A stretch of DNA of 64,000 nucleotides from Mobula hypostoma (taxonomy: Eukaryota). Each line of letters starts with the position of its first letter. The first letter of the stretch is position 1. Positions 48,101 through 63,100 of this stretch are shown piece by piece. Position numbers and translations under genes: made by a program. Location: contig NC_086109.1 of NCBI RefSeq assembly GCF_963921235.1, positions 310,001-374,000 on the forward strand. Reading direction: 5' to 3'. The notes beneath the pieces were generated by a model. The model ran no database searches and was not told the origin of the DNA. It worked only from the letters and a program-made list of their open reading frames with translations.

Positions 48101-51100
48101 AGTGTAGGGGGAGTGTGTGATGGGATAGTTCAGAGGGAGTGTGTGATGGGACGGTGTAGAGGGAACTTCACTCTGTGTCTGACCCGTGTCCTGGGAGTGT
48201 GTGATGGGACAGTGTAGAGGGAGCTTCACTCTGCGTCTGACCCGTGTCCTGGGAGTGTGTGATGGGACAGTGTAGAGGGAACCTCACTCTGTGTTTGAGC
48301 CATGTACTGGGAGTGTGTGATGGGACAGTGTAGAGGGAGTTTCACTCACCGTCTGACCCGTGTCCTGGGAGTGTGTGATGGGACAGTGTAGAGGGAGTGT
48401 GTGTTGGACAGTGTAGAGGGAGTGTGTGATGGGACAGTGTAGAGGGAGTGTGTGATGGACAGTGTAGAGGGAGTGTGTGGTGGGACAGTGTAGAGGGAGT
48501 GTGTGATGGGACAGTGTAGAGGGAGTGTGTGATGGGACAGTGTAGACGGAGTTTCACTCTGTGTATCACCTGTGTCCTGAGAGTGTGTGATGGGACAGTG
48601 TAGAGGGAGTTTCACTCTGTGTCTGACCTGTGTCCTGGGAGTGTATGATGGGACAGTGGAGAGTGAGATTGTGATGGGATAGTGTAGGGGGTGTGTGTAA
48701 TGGGATAGTTTAGAGGGAGTGTGTGATGGAATAGTGTAGAGGGAGTTTCACTCTGTGTCTGACCCGTGTCCTGGGAGTGTGTGATGGGACAGTGTAGAGG
48801 GAGTCTGTGTTGGACAGTGTAGAGGGAGTATGTGATGGGACAGTGTAGAGGGAGTGTGTGATGGGACAGAGTAGGGGGAGTGTGTGATGGGACAGTTTAG
48901 AGGGAGTGTGTGATGGGACAGGGTAGAGGGAACTTCACTCTGTGTCTGACCCGCGTCCTGGGAGTGTGTGATGGGATAGTGTAGAGGGAGCTTCACTCTG
49001 TGTCTGACCCGTGTCCTGGGAGTGTGTGATGGGACAGTGTTGAGGGAGCTTCAATCTGTGTCTGACCCGTGTCCTGGGAGTTTGTGATGGGACAGGGTAG
49101 AGGGAACTTCACTCTGTGTCTGACCCGTGTCCTGGGAATGTGTGATGGGACAGTGTAGAGGGAGCTTCACTCTGTATCTGACCCGTGTCCTGGGAGTGTG
49201 TGATGGGACAGTGTTGAGGGAGCTTAAATCTGTATCTGACCCGTGTCCTGGGAGTGTGTGATGGGACAGTGTTGAGGGAGCTTCAATCTGTGTCTGACCC
49301 GTGTCCTGGGAGTGTGTGATGGGATAGTGTAGAGGCAGATTCACTCTGTGTCTGATCAGTGTTCTGGGAGTGTGTGATCGGACAGTGTGGAGGGAGTTTC
49401 ACTCTGTGTCTGACCAGTGTCCTGGGAGTGTGTGATGGGACAGTGTAGAGGGAGTTTCACTCTGTGTCTGACCCGTGTCCTGGGAGTGTGTGATGAAACA
49501 GTGTAGAGGGAGTGTGTGATGGACAGTGTAGAGGGAGTGTGTGATGGACAGTGTAGATATAGTGTGTGATGGGACAGTGTAGACGGAGAGTGTGATGGAC
49601 AGTGTAGGAGGAATGTGTGATGGGACAGTGCAGAGGGAGTGTGTGATGGACACTGCAGAGGGAGTGTGTGATGGGACAGTGTAGAGAGAGTGTGTGATGG
49701 GACAGTGCAGGGGGAGTGTGTGATGGGACAGTGTAGAGGGAATGTGCGATGGGACAGTGCAGAGGGAGTGTGTGTTTGACAGTGTAGAGGGAGTGTGTGA
49801 TGGGACAGTGTAGAGGGAGATTTACTCTGTGTCTGACCCGTGTCCTGGGAGTGTGTGATGGGACAGTGGAGAGGGGGTTTGTGCTGGGACAGTGCAGAGG
49901 GAGTTTGTGATGGGACAGTGTACAGGGAATGTGTGATGGCCAGTGTAGCGGGAGTGTGTGATGGGACAGTGTAGAGGGAGATTCACTCTGTGTCTGACCC
50001 GTGTCCTGGGAGTGTGTGATGGGACAGTGGAGCGGGAGTTTGTGCTGGGACAGTGTAGGGGGAGTGTGTGATGGGATAGTTCAGAGGGAGTGTGTGATGG
50101 GACGGTGTAGAGGGAACTTCACTCTGTGTCTGACCCGTGTCCTGGGAGTGTGTGATGGGACAGTGTAGAGGGAGCTTCACTCTGCGTCTGACCCGTGTCC
50201 TGGGAGTGTGTGATGGGACAGTGTAGAGGGAACCTCACTCTGTGTTTGAGCCATGTACTGGGAGTGTGTGATGGGACAGTGTAGAGGGAGTTTCACTCAC
50301 CGTCTGACCCGTGTCCTGGGAGTGTGTGATGGGACAGTGTAGAGGGAGTGTGTGTTGGACAGTGTAGAGGGAGTGTGTGATGGGACAGTGTAGAGGGAGT
50401 GTGTGATGGACAGTGTAGAGGGAGTGTGTGGTGGGACAGTGTAGAGGGAGTGTGTGATGGGACAGTGTAGAGGGAGTGTGTGATGGGACAGTGTAGAGGG
50501 AGTGTGTGATGGACAGTGTAGAGGGAGTGTGTGGTGGGACAGTGTAGAGGGAGTGTGTGATGGGACAGTGTAGAGGGAGTGTGTGATGGACAGTGTAGAT
50601 GGAGTGTGTGACGGAACAGTGTAGAGGGAGTGTGTGACGGACAGTAGAGGGAGTGTGTGACGGAACAGTATAGAGGGAGTTTCACTCTGTGTCTGACCCG
50701 TGTCCTGGGAGTGTGTGATGGGACAGTTTAGAGGGAGCATGTGAAGGGACAGTGTAGAGGGAGTGTGTGATGGGACAGTGTAGAGGGAGTTTCACTCTGT
50801 GTCTCACCTGTGTCCTGAGAGTGTGTGATGGGACAGTGTAGAGGAAGTTTCACTCTGTGTCTGACCTGAGTCCTGGGACTGTGTGATGGGACAGTGGAGA
50901 GTGAGTTTGTGATGGGACAGTGTAGGGGGTGTGCGTAATGGGATAGTTTAGAGGGACTGTGTGATGGGACAGTGTAGAGAGAACTTCACTCTGTGTCTGA
51001 CCCGTGTCCTGGGAGTGTGTGATGGGACAGTGTAGAGGGAGTGTGTGTTGGACAGTGTAGAGGGAGTATGTGATGGTACAGTGTAGAGGGAGTGTGTGAT

Positions 51101-54100
51101 GGGACAGTGTAGGGGGAGTGTGTGATGGGATAGTTTAGAGGGAGTGTGTGATGGGACAGGGTAGAGGGAACTTCACTCTGTGTCTGACCCGTGTCCTGGG
51201 AGTGTGTGATGGGATAGTGCAGAGGGAGCTTCAATCTGTGTTTGACCCGTGTCCTGGGAGTGTGTGATGGGACAGTGCAGGGGCAGTGTGTGATGGACAG
51301 TGTAGAGGGAGTTTGTGATGGACAGTGTAGATATAGTGTGTGATGGGACAGTGCAGAAGGAGAGTGTGATGGATCTGTGTAGGGGGAGTGTGTGATGGAC
51401 AGTGTAGAGGGAGTGTGTGGTAGGACAGTGTAGAGGGAGTGTGTGATGGTACAGTGTAGAGGGAGTGTGTGATGGGACAGTGTAGAGGGAGCGTGTGATG
51501 GGACAGTGTAGAGGGAGTGTGTGATGGGACAGTGTAGACGGAGTTTCACTCTGTGTATCACCTGTGTCCTGAGAGTGTGTGATGGGACAGTGTAGAGGGA
51601 GTTTCACTCTGTGTCTGACCTGTGTCCTGGGAGTGTATGATGGGACAGTGGAGAGTGAGATTGTGATGGGATAGTGTAGGGGGTGTGTGTAATGGGATAG
51701 TTTAGAGGGAGTGTGTGATGGAATAGTGTAGAGGGAGTTTCACTCTGTGTCTGACCCGTGTCCTGGGAGTGTGTGATGGGACAGTGTAGAGGGAGTCTGT
51801 GTTGGACAGTGTAGAGGGAGTATGTGATGGGACAGTGTAGAGGGAGTGTGTGATGGGACAGAGTAGGGGGAGTGTGTGATGGGACAGTTTAGAGGGAGTG
51901 TGTGATGGGACAGGGTAGAGGGAACTTCACTCTGTGTCTGACCCGCGTCCTGGGAGTGTGTGATGGGATAGTGTAGAGGGAGCTTCACTCTGTGTCTGAC
52001 CCGTGTCCTGGGAGTGTGTGATGGGACAGTGTTGAGGGAGCTTCAATCTGTGTCTGACCCGTGTCCTGGGAGTTTGTGATGGGACAGGGTAGAGGGAACT
52101 TCACTCTGTGTCTGACCCGTGTCCTGGGAATGTGTGATGGGACAGTGTAGAGGGAGCTTCACTCTGTATCTGACCCGTGTCCTGGGAGTGTGTGATGGGA
52201 CAGTGTTGAGGGAGCTTAAATCTGTATCTGACCCGTGTCCTGGGAGTGTGTGATGGGACAGTGTTGAGGGAGCTTCAATCTGTGTCTGACCCGTGTCCTG
52301 GGAGTGTGTGATGGGATAGTGTAGAGGCAGATTCACTCTGTGTCTGATCAGTGTTCTGGGAGTGTGTGATCGGACAGTGTGGAGGGAGTTTCACTCTGTG
52401 TCTGACCAGTGTCCTGGGAGTGTGTGATGGGACAGTGTAGAGGGAGTTTCACTCTGTGTCTGACCCGTGTCCTGGGAGTGTGTGATGAAACAGTGTAGAG
52501 GGAGTGTGTGATGGACAGTGTAGAGGGAGTGTGTGATGGACAGTGTAGATATAGTGTGTGATGGGACAGTGTAGACGGAGAGTGTGATGGACAGTGTAGG
52601 AGGAATGTGTGATGGGACAGTGCAGAGGGAGTGTGTGATGGACACTGCAGAGGGAGTGTGTGATGGGACAGTGTAGAGAGAGTGTGTGATGGGACAGTGC
52701 AGGGGGAGTGTGTGATGGGACAGTGTAGAGGGAATGTGCGATGGGACAGTGCAGAGGGAGTGTGTGTTTGACAGTGTAGAGGGAGTGTGTGATGGGACAG
52801 TGTAGAGGGAGATTTACTCTGTGTCTGACCCGTGTCCTGGGAGTGTGTGATGGGACAGTGGAGAGGGGGTTTGTGCTGGGACAGTGCAGAGGGAGTTTGT
52901 GATGGGACAGTGTACAGGGAATGTGTGATGGCCAGTGTAGCGGGAGTGTGTGATGGGACAGTGTAGAGGGAGATTCACTCTGTGTCTGACCCGTGTCCTG
53001 GGAGTGTGTGATGGGACAGTGGAGCGGGAGTTTGTGCTGGGACAGTGTAGGGGGAGTGTGTGATGGGATAGTTCAGAGGGAGTGTGTGATGGGACGGTGT
53101 AGAGGGAACTTCACTCTGTGTCTGACCCGTGTCCTGGGAGTGTGTGATGGGACAGTGTAGAGGGAGCTTCACTCTGCGTCTGACCCGTGTCCTGGGAGTG
53201 TGTGATGGGACAGTGTAGAGGGAACCTCACTCTGTGTTTGAGCCATGTACTGGGAGTGTGTGATGGGACAGTGTAGAGGGAGTTTCACTCACCGTCTGAC
53301 CCGTGTCCTGGGAGTGTGTGATGGGACAGTGTAGAGGGAGTGTGTGTTGGACAGTGTAGAGGGAGTGTGTGATGGGACAGTGTAGAGGGAGTGTGTGATG
53401 GACAGTGTAGAGGGAGTGTGTGATGGGACAGTGTAGAGGGAGTGTGTGATGGGACAGTGTAGAGGGAGTGTGTGATGGGACAGTGTAGGGGGAGTGTGTG
53501 ATGGACAGTGTAGAGGGAGTGTGTGGTGGGACAGTGTAGAGGGAGTGTGTGATGGGACAGTGTAGAGGGAGTGTGTGATGGACAGTGTAGATGGAGTGTG
53601 TGACGGAACAGTGTAGAGGGAGTGTGTGACGGACAGTAGAGGGAGTGTGTGACGGAACAGTGCAGAGGGAGTGTGTGATGGGAAGTGGATGGACAGTGCA
53701 GAGGAAGTGTGTGATGGGACAGTGCAGAGGGAGTGTGTGATGGGACGGTGTAGAGGGAGTGTGTGATGGGACGGTGTAGAGGGAGTACGTGATGGGACAG
53801 TGTAGAGGGAGTGTGTGTTGGACAGTGTAGAGGGAGTGTGTGATGGGACGGTGTAGAGGGAGTGTGTGATGGGACAGGTAGAGGGAGTGTGTGATGGATC
53901 TGTGTAGGGGGAGTGTGCGATGGACAGTGCAGAGGGAGTGTGTGATGGGACAGTGTAGAGGGAGTGTGTGATGGACAGTGTAGAGGGAGTGTGTGATAGG
54001 ACAGTGTAGAGGGAGTGTGTGATGGTACAGTGTAGAGGGAGTGTGTGATGGGACAGTGCAGAGGGAGTTTCACTCTGTGTCTGACCCGTGTCCTGGGAGT

Positions 54101-57100
54101 GTGTAATGGGACAGTGTAGAGGGAGTGTGTGATGGGACAGTGTAGAGGGAGTTTCACTCTGTGTCTGACCCGTGTCCTGGGAGTGTGTGATGGGACAATG
54201 TAGAGGGAGCGTGTGATGGGACCGTGTAGAGGGAGTGTGTGGTAGGACAGTGTAGAGGGAGTGTGTGATGGTACAGTGTAGAGGGAGTGTGTGATGGGAC
54301 AGTATAGAGGGAGTTTCACTCTGTGTCTGACCCGTGTCCTGGGAGTGTGTGATGGGACAGTTTAGAGGGAGCATGTGAAGGGACAGTGTAGAGGGAGTGT
54401 GTGATGGGACAGTGTAGAGGGAGTTTCACTCTGTGTCTCACCTGTGTCCTGAGAGTGTGTGATGGGACAGTGTAGAGGAAGTTTCACTCTGTGTCTGACC
54501 TGAGTCCTGGGACTGTGTGATGGGACAGTGGAGAGTGAGTTTGTGATGGGACAGTGTAGGGGGTGTGCGTAATGGGATAGTTTAGAGGGAGTGTGTGATG
54601 GGACAGTGTAGAGGGAACTTCACTCTGTCTCTGACCCGTGTCCTGGGAGTGTGTGATGGGACAGTGTAGAGGGAGTGTGTGTTGGACAGTGTAGAGGGAG
54701 TATGTGATGGTACAGTGTAGAGGGAGTGTGTGATGGGACAGTGTAGGGGGAGTGTGTGATGGGATAGTTTAGAGGGAGTGTGTGATGGGACAGGGTAGAG
54801 GGAACTTCACTCTGTGTCTGACCCGTGTCCTGGGAGTGTGTGATGGGATAGTGCAGAGGGAGCTTCAATCTGTGTTTGACCCGTGTCCTGGGAGTGTGTG
54901 ATGGGACAGTGCAGGGGCAGTGTGTGATGGACAGTGTAGAGGGAGTTTGTGATGGAAAGTGTAGATATAGTGTGTGATGGGACAGTGCAGAAGGAGAGTG
55001 TGATGGATCTGTGTAGGGGGAGTGTGCGATGGACAGTGTAGAGGGAGTGTGTGATGGACAGTGTAGAGGGAGTGTGTGGTAGGACAGTGTAGAGGCAGTG
55101 TGTGATGGTACAGTGTAGAGGGAGTGTGTGATGGGACAGTGTAGAAGGAGCGTGTGATGGGACAGTGTAGACGGAGTGTGTGATGGGACAGTGTAGAGGG
55201 AGTTTCACTCTGTGTCTCACCTGTGTCCTGAGAGTGTGTGATGGGACAGTGTAGAGGGAGTTTCACTCTGTGTCTGACCTGTGTCCTGGGAGTGTATGAT
55301 GGGACAGTGGAGAGTGAGATTGTGATGGGACAGTGTAGGGGGTGTGTGTAATGGGATAGTTTAGAGGGAGTGTGTGATGGGATAGTGTAGAGGGAGTTTC
55401 ACTCTGTGTCTGACCCGTGTCCTGGGAGTGTGTGATGGGACAGTGTAGAGGGAGTCTGTGTTGGACAGTGTAGAGGGAGTATGTGATGGGACAGTGTAGA
55501 GGGAGTGTGTGATGGGACAGTGTAGGGGGAGTGTGTGATGGGACAGTTTAGAGGGAGTGTGTGATGGGACAGGGTAGAGGGAACTTCACTCTGTGTCTGA
55601 CCCGCGTCCTGGGAGTGTGTGATGGGACAGTGTTGAGGGAGCTTCAATCAGTGTCTGACCCGTGTCCTGGGAGTGTGTGATGGGACAGGGTAGAGGGAAC
55701 TTCACTCTGTGTCTGACCCGTGTCCTGGGAATGTGTGATGGGACAGTGTAGAGGGAGCTTCACTCTGTATCTGACCCGTGTCCTGGGAGTGTGTGATGGG
55801 ACAGTGTTGAGGGAGCTTAAATCTGTATCTGACCCGTGTCCTGGGAGTGTGTGATGGGACAGTGTTGAGGGAGCTTCAATCTGTGTCTGACCCGTGTCCT
55901 GGGAGTGTGTGATGGGACAGTGTAGAGGCAGATTCACTCTGTGTCTGATCAGTGTTCTGGGAGTGTGTGATCGGACAGTGTGGAGGGAGTTTCACTCTGT
56001 GTCTGACCAGTGTCCTGGGAGTGTGTGATGGGACAGTGCAGAGGGAGTTTCACTCTGTGTCTGACCCGTGTCCTGGGAGTGTGTGATGAAACAGTGTAGA
56101 GGGAGTGTGTGATGGACAGTGTAGAGGGAGTGTGTGATGGACAGTGTAGATATAGTGTGTGATGGGACAGTGTAGACGGAGAGTGTGATGGACAGTGTAG
56201 GAGGAATGTGTGATGGGACAGTGTAGAGGGAATGTGTGATGGACACTGCAGAGGGAGTGTGTGATGGGACAGTGTAGAGAGAGCATGTGATGGGACAATG
56301 CAGGGGGAGTGTGTGATGGGACGGTGTGGAGGGAGTGTGTGATGGGACAGTGCAGAGGGAGTTTGTGATGGTTCTGTGTAGGGGGAGTGTGCGATGGACA
56401 GTGTAGAGGGAGTGTGTGATGGACAGTGCAGAGGGAGTGTGTGGTGGGACAGTGTAGAGGGAGTGTGTGATGGGACAGTGTAGGGGGAGAGTATGATGGG
56501 ACAGTGTAGAGGGAGTTTTACTCTGTGCCTGACCCGTGTCCAGGGAGTGTGTGATGGGACAGCGCAGAGTGAGTTTCACTCTGCGTCTGACCCGTGTCCT
56601 GGGAGTGTCTGATGGGACAGTGCAGAGGGAGTGTCTGATGGGACAGTGTAAAGGGAGTTTCACTCTGTGTCTCACCTGTGTCCTGAGAGTGTGTGATGGG
56701 ACAGTGTAGAGGGAGTTTCACTCTGTGTCTGACCTGTGTCCTGGGAGTGCGTGATGGGACAGTGTAGAGGGAACTTCACTCTGTGTCTGACCCGTGTCCT
56801 GGGAGTGTGTGATGGGACAGTGTAGAGGAAGTGTGTGATGGGACAGTGTAGAGGGAATGTGCGATGGGACAGTGCAGAGGGAGTGTGTGTTTGACAGTGT
56901 AGAGGGAGTGTGTGATGGGACAGTTTAGAGGGAGTGTGTGATGGGACAGTGTACAGGGAATGTGTGATGGCCAGTGTAGCGGGAGTGTGTGATGGGACAG
57001 TGTAGAGGGAGATTTACTCTGTGTCTGACCCGTGTCCTGGGAGTGTGTGATGGGACAGTGGAGAGGGAGTTTGTGCTGGGACAGTGCAGAGGGAGTTTGT

Positions 57101-60100
57101 GATGGGACAGTGTACAGGGAATGTGTGATGGCCAGTGTAGCGGGAGTGTGTGATGGGACAGTGTAGAGGGAGATTCACTCTGTGTCTGACCCGTGTCCTG
57201 GGAGTGTGTGATGGGACAGTGGAGCGGGAGTTTGTGCTGGGACAGTGTAGGGGGAGTGTGTGATGGGATAGTTCAGAGGGAGTGTGTGATGGGACGGTGT
57301 AGAGGGAACTTCACTCTGTGTCTGACCCGTGTCCTGGGAGTGTGTGATGGGATAGTGCAGAGGGAGCTTCAATCTGTGTTTGACCCGTGTCCTGGGAGTG
57401 TGTGATGGGACAGTGCAGGGGCAGTGTGTGATGGACAGTGTAGAGGGAGTTTGTGATGGACAGTGTAGATATAGTGTGTGATGGGACAGTGCAGAAGGAG
57501 AGTGTGATGGATCTGTGTAGGGGGAGTGTGCGATGGACAGTGTAGAGGGAGTGTGTGATGGACAGTGTAGAGGGAGTGTGTGGTAGGACAGTGTAGAGGG
57601 AGTGTGTGATGGTACAGTGTAGAGGGAGTGTGTGATGGGACAGTGTAGAGGGAGCGTGTGATGGGACAGTGTAGAGGGAGTGTGTGATGGGACAGTGTAG
57701 ACGGAGTTTCACTCTGTGTATCACCTGTGTCCTGAGAGTGTGTGATGGGACAGTGTAGAGGGAGTTTCACTCTGTGTCTGACCTGTGTCCTGGGAGTGTA
57801 TGATGGGACAGTGGAGAGTGAGATTGTGATGGGATAGTGTAGGGGGTGTGTGTAATGGGATAGTTTAGAGGGAGTGTGTGATGGAATAGTGTAGAGGGAG
57901 TTTCACTCTGTGTCTGACCCGTGTCCTGGGAGTGTGTGATGGGACAGTGTAGAGGGAGTCTGTGTTGGACAGTGTAGAGGGAGTATGTGATGGGACAGTG
58001 TAGAGGGAGTGTGTGATGGGACAGTGTAGGGGGAGTGTGTGATGGGACAGTTTAGAGGGAGTGTGTGATGGGACAGGGTAGAGGGAACTTCACTCTGTGT
58101 CTGACCCGCGTCCTGGGAGTGTGTGATGGGATAGTGTAGAGGGAGCTTCACTCTGTGTCTGACCCGTGTCCTGGGAGTGTGTGATGGGACAGTGTAGAGG
58201 GAGCTTCACTCTGTATCTGACCCGTGTCCTGGGAGTGTGTGATGGGACAGTGTTGAGGGAGCTTCAATCTGTGTCTGACCCGTGTCCTGGGAGTGTGTGA
58301 TGGGACAGGGTAGAGGGAACTTCACTCTGTGTCTGACCCGTGTCCTGGGAATGTGTGATGGGACAGTGTAGAGGGAGCTTCACTCTGTATCTGACCCGTG
58401 TCCTGGGAGTGTGTGATGGGACAGTGTTGAGGGAGCTTAAATCTGTATCTGACCCGTGTCCTGGGAGTGTGTGATGGGACAGTGTTGAGGGAGTTTCACT
58501 CTGTGTCTGACCCGTGTCCTGGGAGTGTGTGATGAAACAGTGTAGAGGGAGTGTGTGATGGACAGTGTAGAGGGAGTGTGTGATGGACAGTGTAGATATA
58601 GTGTGTGATGGGACAGTGTAGACAGAGAGTGTGATGGACAGTGTAGGAGGAATGTGTGATGGGACAGTGCAGAGGGAGTGTGTGATGGACACTGCAGAGG
58701 GAGTGTGTGATGGACACTGCAGAGGGAGTGTGTGATGGGACAGTGTAGAGAGAGTGTGTGATGGGACAGTGCAGGGGGAGTGTGTGATGGGACAGTGTAG
58801 AGGGAATGTGCGATGGGACAGTGCAGAGGGAGTGTGTGTTTGACAGTGTAGAGGGAGTGTGTGATGGGACAGTGTAGAGGGAGATTTACTCTGTGTCTGA
58901 CCCGTGTCCTGGGAGTGTGTGATGGGACAGTGGAGAGGGGGTTTGTGCTGGGACAGTGCAGAGGGAGTTTGTGATGGGACAGTGTACAGGGAATGTGTGA
59001 TGGCCAGTGTAGCGGGAGTGTGTGATGGGACAGTGTAGAGGGAGATTCACTCTGTGTCTGACCCGTGTCCTGGGAGTGTGTGATGGGACAGTGGAGCGGG
59101 AGTTTGTGCTGGGACAGTGTAGGGGGAGTGTGTGATGGGATAGTTCAGAGGGAGTGTGTGATGGGACGGTGTAGAGGGAACTTCACTCTGTGTCTGACCC
59201 GTGTCCTGGGAGTGTGTGATGGGACAGTGTAGAGGGAGCTTCACTCTGCGTCTGACCCGTGTCCTGGGAGTGTGTGATGGGACAGTGTAGAGGGAACCTC
59301 ACTCTGTGTTTGAGCCATGTACTGGGAGTGTGTGATGGGACAGTGTAGAGGGAGTTTCACTCACCGTCTGACCCGTGTCCTGGGAGTGTGTGATGGGACA
59401 GTGTAGAGGGAGTGTGTGATGGACAGTGTAGAGGGAGTGTGTGATGGGACAGTGTAGAGGGAGTGTGTGATGGACAGTGTAGAGGGAGTGTGTGATGGGA
59501 CAGTGTAGAGGGAGTGTGTGATGGGACAGTGTAGAGGGAGTGTGTGATGGACAGTGTAGAGGGAGTGTGTGATGGGACAGTGTAGAGGGAGTGTGTGATG
59601 GGACAGTGTAGAGGGAGTGTGTGATGGGACAGTGTAGAGGGAGTGTGTGTTGGACAGTGTAGAGGGAGTGTGTGATGGGACAGTGTAGAGGGAGTGTGTG
59701 ATGGACAGTGTAGAGGGAGTGTGTGGTGGGACAGTGTCGAGAGAGTGTGTGATGGGACACTGCAGAGCGAGTGTGTGATGGACAGTGTAGGGGAGTGTGT
59801 GATGGGACAGTGTAGAGGGAGTGTGTGATGGGACAGTGTAGAGTGAGTGTGTGATGAACAGTGTAGGGGGAGTGTGTGATGGGATGGTGTAGAGGGAGTG
59901 TGTGATGGGATGGTATAGAGGAAGTGTGTGATGGGACAGTGTAGAGGGAGTGTGTGCTGGACAGTGCAGAGGGAATGTGCGATGGGACAGTGTAGAGGGA
60001 GTGTGTGATGGGACAGTGTAGAGGGCGTTTCACTCTGTGCCTGACCCGTATTCTGGGAGTGTGTGTTGGACAGTGTAGAGGGAGTGTGTGATGGGACGGT

Positions 60101-63100
60101 GTAGAGGGAGTGTGTGATGGGACAGGTAGAGGGAGTGTGTGATGGATCTGTGTAGGGGGAGTGTGCGATGGACAGTGCAGAGGGAGTGTGTGATGGGACA
60201 GTGTAGAGGGAGTGTGTGATGGACAGTGTAGAGGGAGTGTGTGGTAGGACAGTGTAGAGGGAGTGTGTGATGGTACAGTGTAGAGGGAGTGTGTGATGGG
60301 ACAGTGCAGAGGGAGTTTCACTCTGTGTCTGACCCGTGTCCTGGGAGTGTGTGATGGGACAGTGTAGAGGGAGTGTGTGATGGGACAGTGTAGAGGGAGT
60401 TTCACTCTGTGTCTGACCCGTGTCCTGGGAGTGTGTGATGGGACAATGTAGAGGGAGCGTGTGATGGGACCGTGTAGAGGGAGTGTGTGGTAGGACAGTG
60501 TAGAGGGAGTGTGTGATGGTACAGTGTAGAGGGAGTGTGTGATGGGACAGTATAGAGGGAGTTTCACTCTGTGTCTGACCCGTGTCCTGGGAGTGTGTGA
60601 TGGGACAGTTTAGAGGGAGCATGTGAAGGGACAGTGTAGAGGGAGTGTGTGATGGGACAGTGTAGAGGGAGTTTCACTCTGTGTCTCACCTGTGTCCTGA
60701 GAGTGTGTGATGGGACAGTGTAGAGGAAGTTTCACTCTGTGTCTGACCTGAGTCCTGGGACTGTGTGATGGGACAGTGGAGAGTGAGTTTGTGATGGGAC
60801 AGTGTAGGTGGTGTGCGTAATGGGATAGTTTAGAGGGAGTGTGTGATGGGACAGTGTAGAGGGAACTTCACTCTGTGTCTGACCCGTGTCCTGGGAGTGT
60901 GTGATGGGACAGTGTAGAGGGAGTGTGTGTTGGACAGTGTAGAGGGAGTATGTGATGGTACAGTGTAGAGGGAGTGTGTGATGGGACAGTGTAGGGGGAG
61001 TGTGTGATGGGATAGTTTAGAGGGAGTGTGTGATGGGACAGGGTAGAGGGAACTTCACTCTGTGTCTGACCCGTGTCCTGGGAGTGTGTGATGGGATAGT
61101 GCAGAGGGAGCTTCAATCTGTGTTTGACCCGTGTCCTGGGAGTGTGTGATGAGACAGTGCAGGGGCAGTGTGTGATGGACAGTGTAGAGGGAGTTTGTGA
61201 TGGACAGTGTAGATATAGTGTGTGATGGGACAGTGCAGAAGGAGAGTGTGATGGATCTGTGTAGGGGGAGTGTGCGATGGACAGTGTAGAGGGAGTGTGC
61301 GATGGACAGTGTAGAGGGAGTGTGTGGTAGGACAGTGTAGAGGGAGTGTGTGATGGTACAGTGTAGAGGGAGTGTGTGATGGGACAGTGTAGAGGGAGCG
61401 TGTGATGGGACAGTGTAGAGGGAGTGTGTGATGGGACAGTGTAGACGGAGTTTCACTCTGTGTCTCACCTGTGTCCTGAGAGTGTGTGATGGGACAGTGT
61501 AGAGGGAGTTTCACTCTGTGTCTGACCTGTGTCCTGGGAGTGTATGATGGGACAGTGGAGAGTGAGATTGTGATGGGACAGTGTAGGGGGTGTGTGTAAT
61601 GGGATAGTTTAGAGGGAGTGTGTGATGGGATAGTGTAGAGGGAGTTTCACTCTGTGTCTGACCCGTGTCCTGGGAGTGTGTGATGTGACAGTGTAGAGGG
61701 AGTCTGTGTTGGACAGTGTAGAGGGAGTATGTGATGGGACAGTGTAGAGGGAGTGTGTGATGGGACAGTGTAGGGGGAGTGTGTGATGGGACAGTTTAGA
61801 GGGAGTGTGTGATGGGACAGGGTAGAGGGAACTTCACTCTGTGTCTGACCCGCGTCCTGGGAGTGTGTGATGGGATAGTGTAGAGGGAGCTTCACTCTGT
61901 GTCTGACCCGTGTCCTGGGAGTGTGTGATGGGACAGTGTAGAGGGAACCTCACTCTGTATCTGACCCGTGTCCTGGGAGTGTGTGATGGGACAGTGTAGA
62001 GGCAGATTCACTCTGTGTCTGATCAGTGTTCTGGGAGTGTGTGATCGGACAGTGTGGAGGGAGTTTCACTCTGTGTCTGACCAGTGTCCTGGGAGTGTGT
62101 GATGGGACAGTGTAGAGGGAGTTTCACTCTGTGTCTGACCCGTGTCCTGGGAGTGTGTGATGAAACAGTGTAGAGGGAGTGTGTGATGGACAGTGTAGAG
62201 GGAGTGTGTGATGGACAGTGCAGATATAGTGTGTGATGGGACAGTGTAGACGGAGAGTGTGATGGACAGTGTAGGAGGAATGTGTGATGGGACAGTGTAG
62301 AGGGAGTGTGTGATGGACACTGCAGAGGGAGTGTGTGATGGGACAGTGTAGAGAGAGCGTGTGATGGGACAGTGCAGGGGGAGTGTGTGATGGGACGGTG
62401 TGGAGGGAGTGTGTGATGGGACAGCGTAGAGGGAGTTTGTGATGGTTCTGTGTAGGGGGAGTGTGCGATGGACAGTGTAGAGGGAGTGTGTGATGGACAG
62501 TGTAGAGGGAGTGTGTGGTGGGACAGTGTAGAGGGAGTTTTACTCTGTGCCTGACCCGTGTCCAGGGAGTGTGTGATGGGACAGCGTAGAGTGAGTTTCA
62601 CTCTGCGTCTGACCCGTGTCCTGGGAGTGTCTGATGGGACAGTGCAGAGGGAGTGTCTGATGGGACAGTGTAAAGGGAGTTTCACTCTGTGTCTCACCTG
62701 TGTCCTGAGAGTGTGTGATGGGACAGTGTAGAGGGAGTTTCACTCTGTGTCTGACCTGTGTCCTGGGAGTGTGTGATGGGACAGTGTAGAGGGAACTTCA
62801 CTCTGTGTCTGACCCGTGTCCTGGGAGTGTGTGATGGGACAGTGTGGAGGGAGCTTCACTCTGTGTTTGACCTGTGTCCTGGGAGTGTGTGATGAGACAG
62901 CGTAGAGGGAGCTTCACTCTGTGTCTGACCCGTGTCCTGGGAGTGTGTGATGGGACAGTGTAGAGGAAGTGTGTGATGGGACAGTGTAGAGGGAATGTGC
63001 GATGGGACAGTGCAGAGGGAGTGTGTGTTTGACAGTGTAGAGGGAGTGTGTGATGGGACAGTGTAGAGGGAGATTTACTCTGTGTCTGACCCGTGTCCTG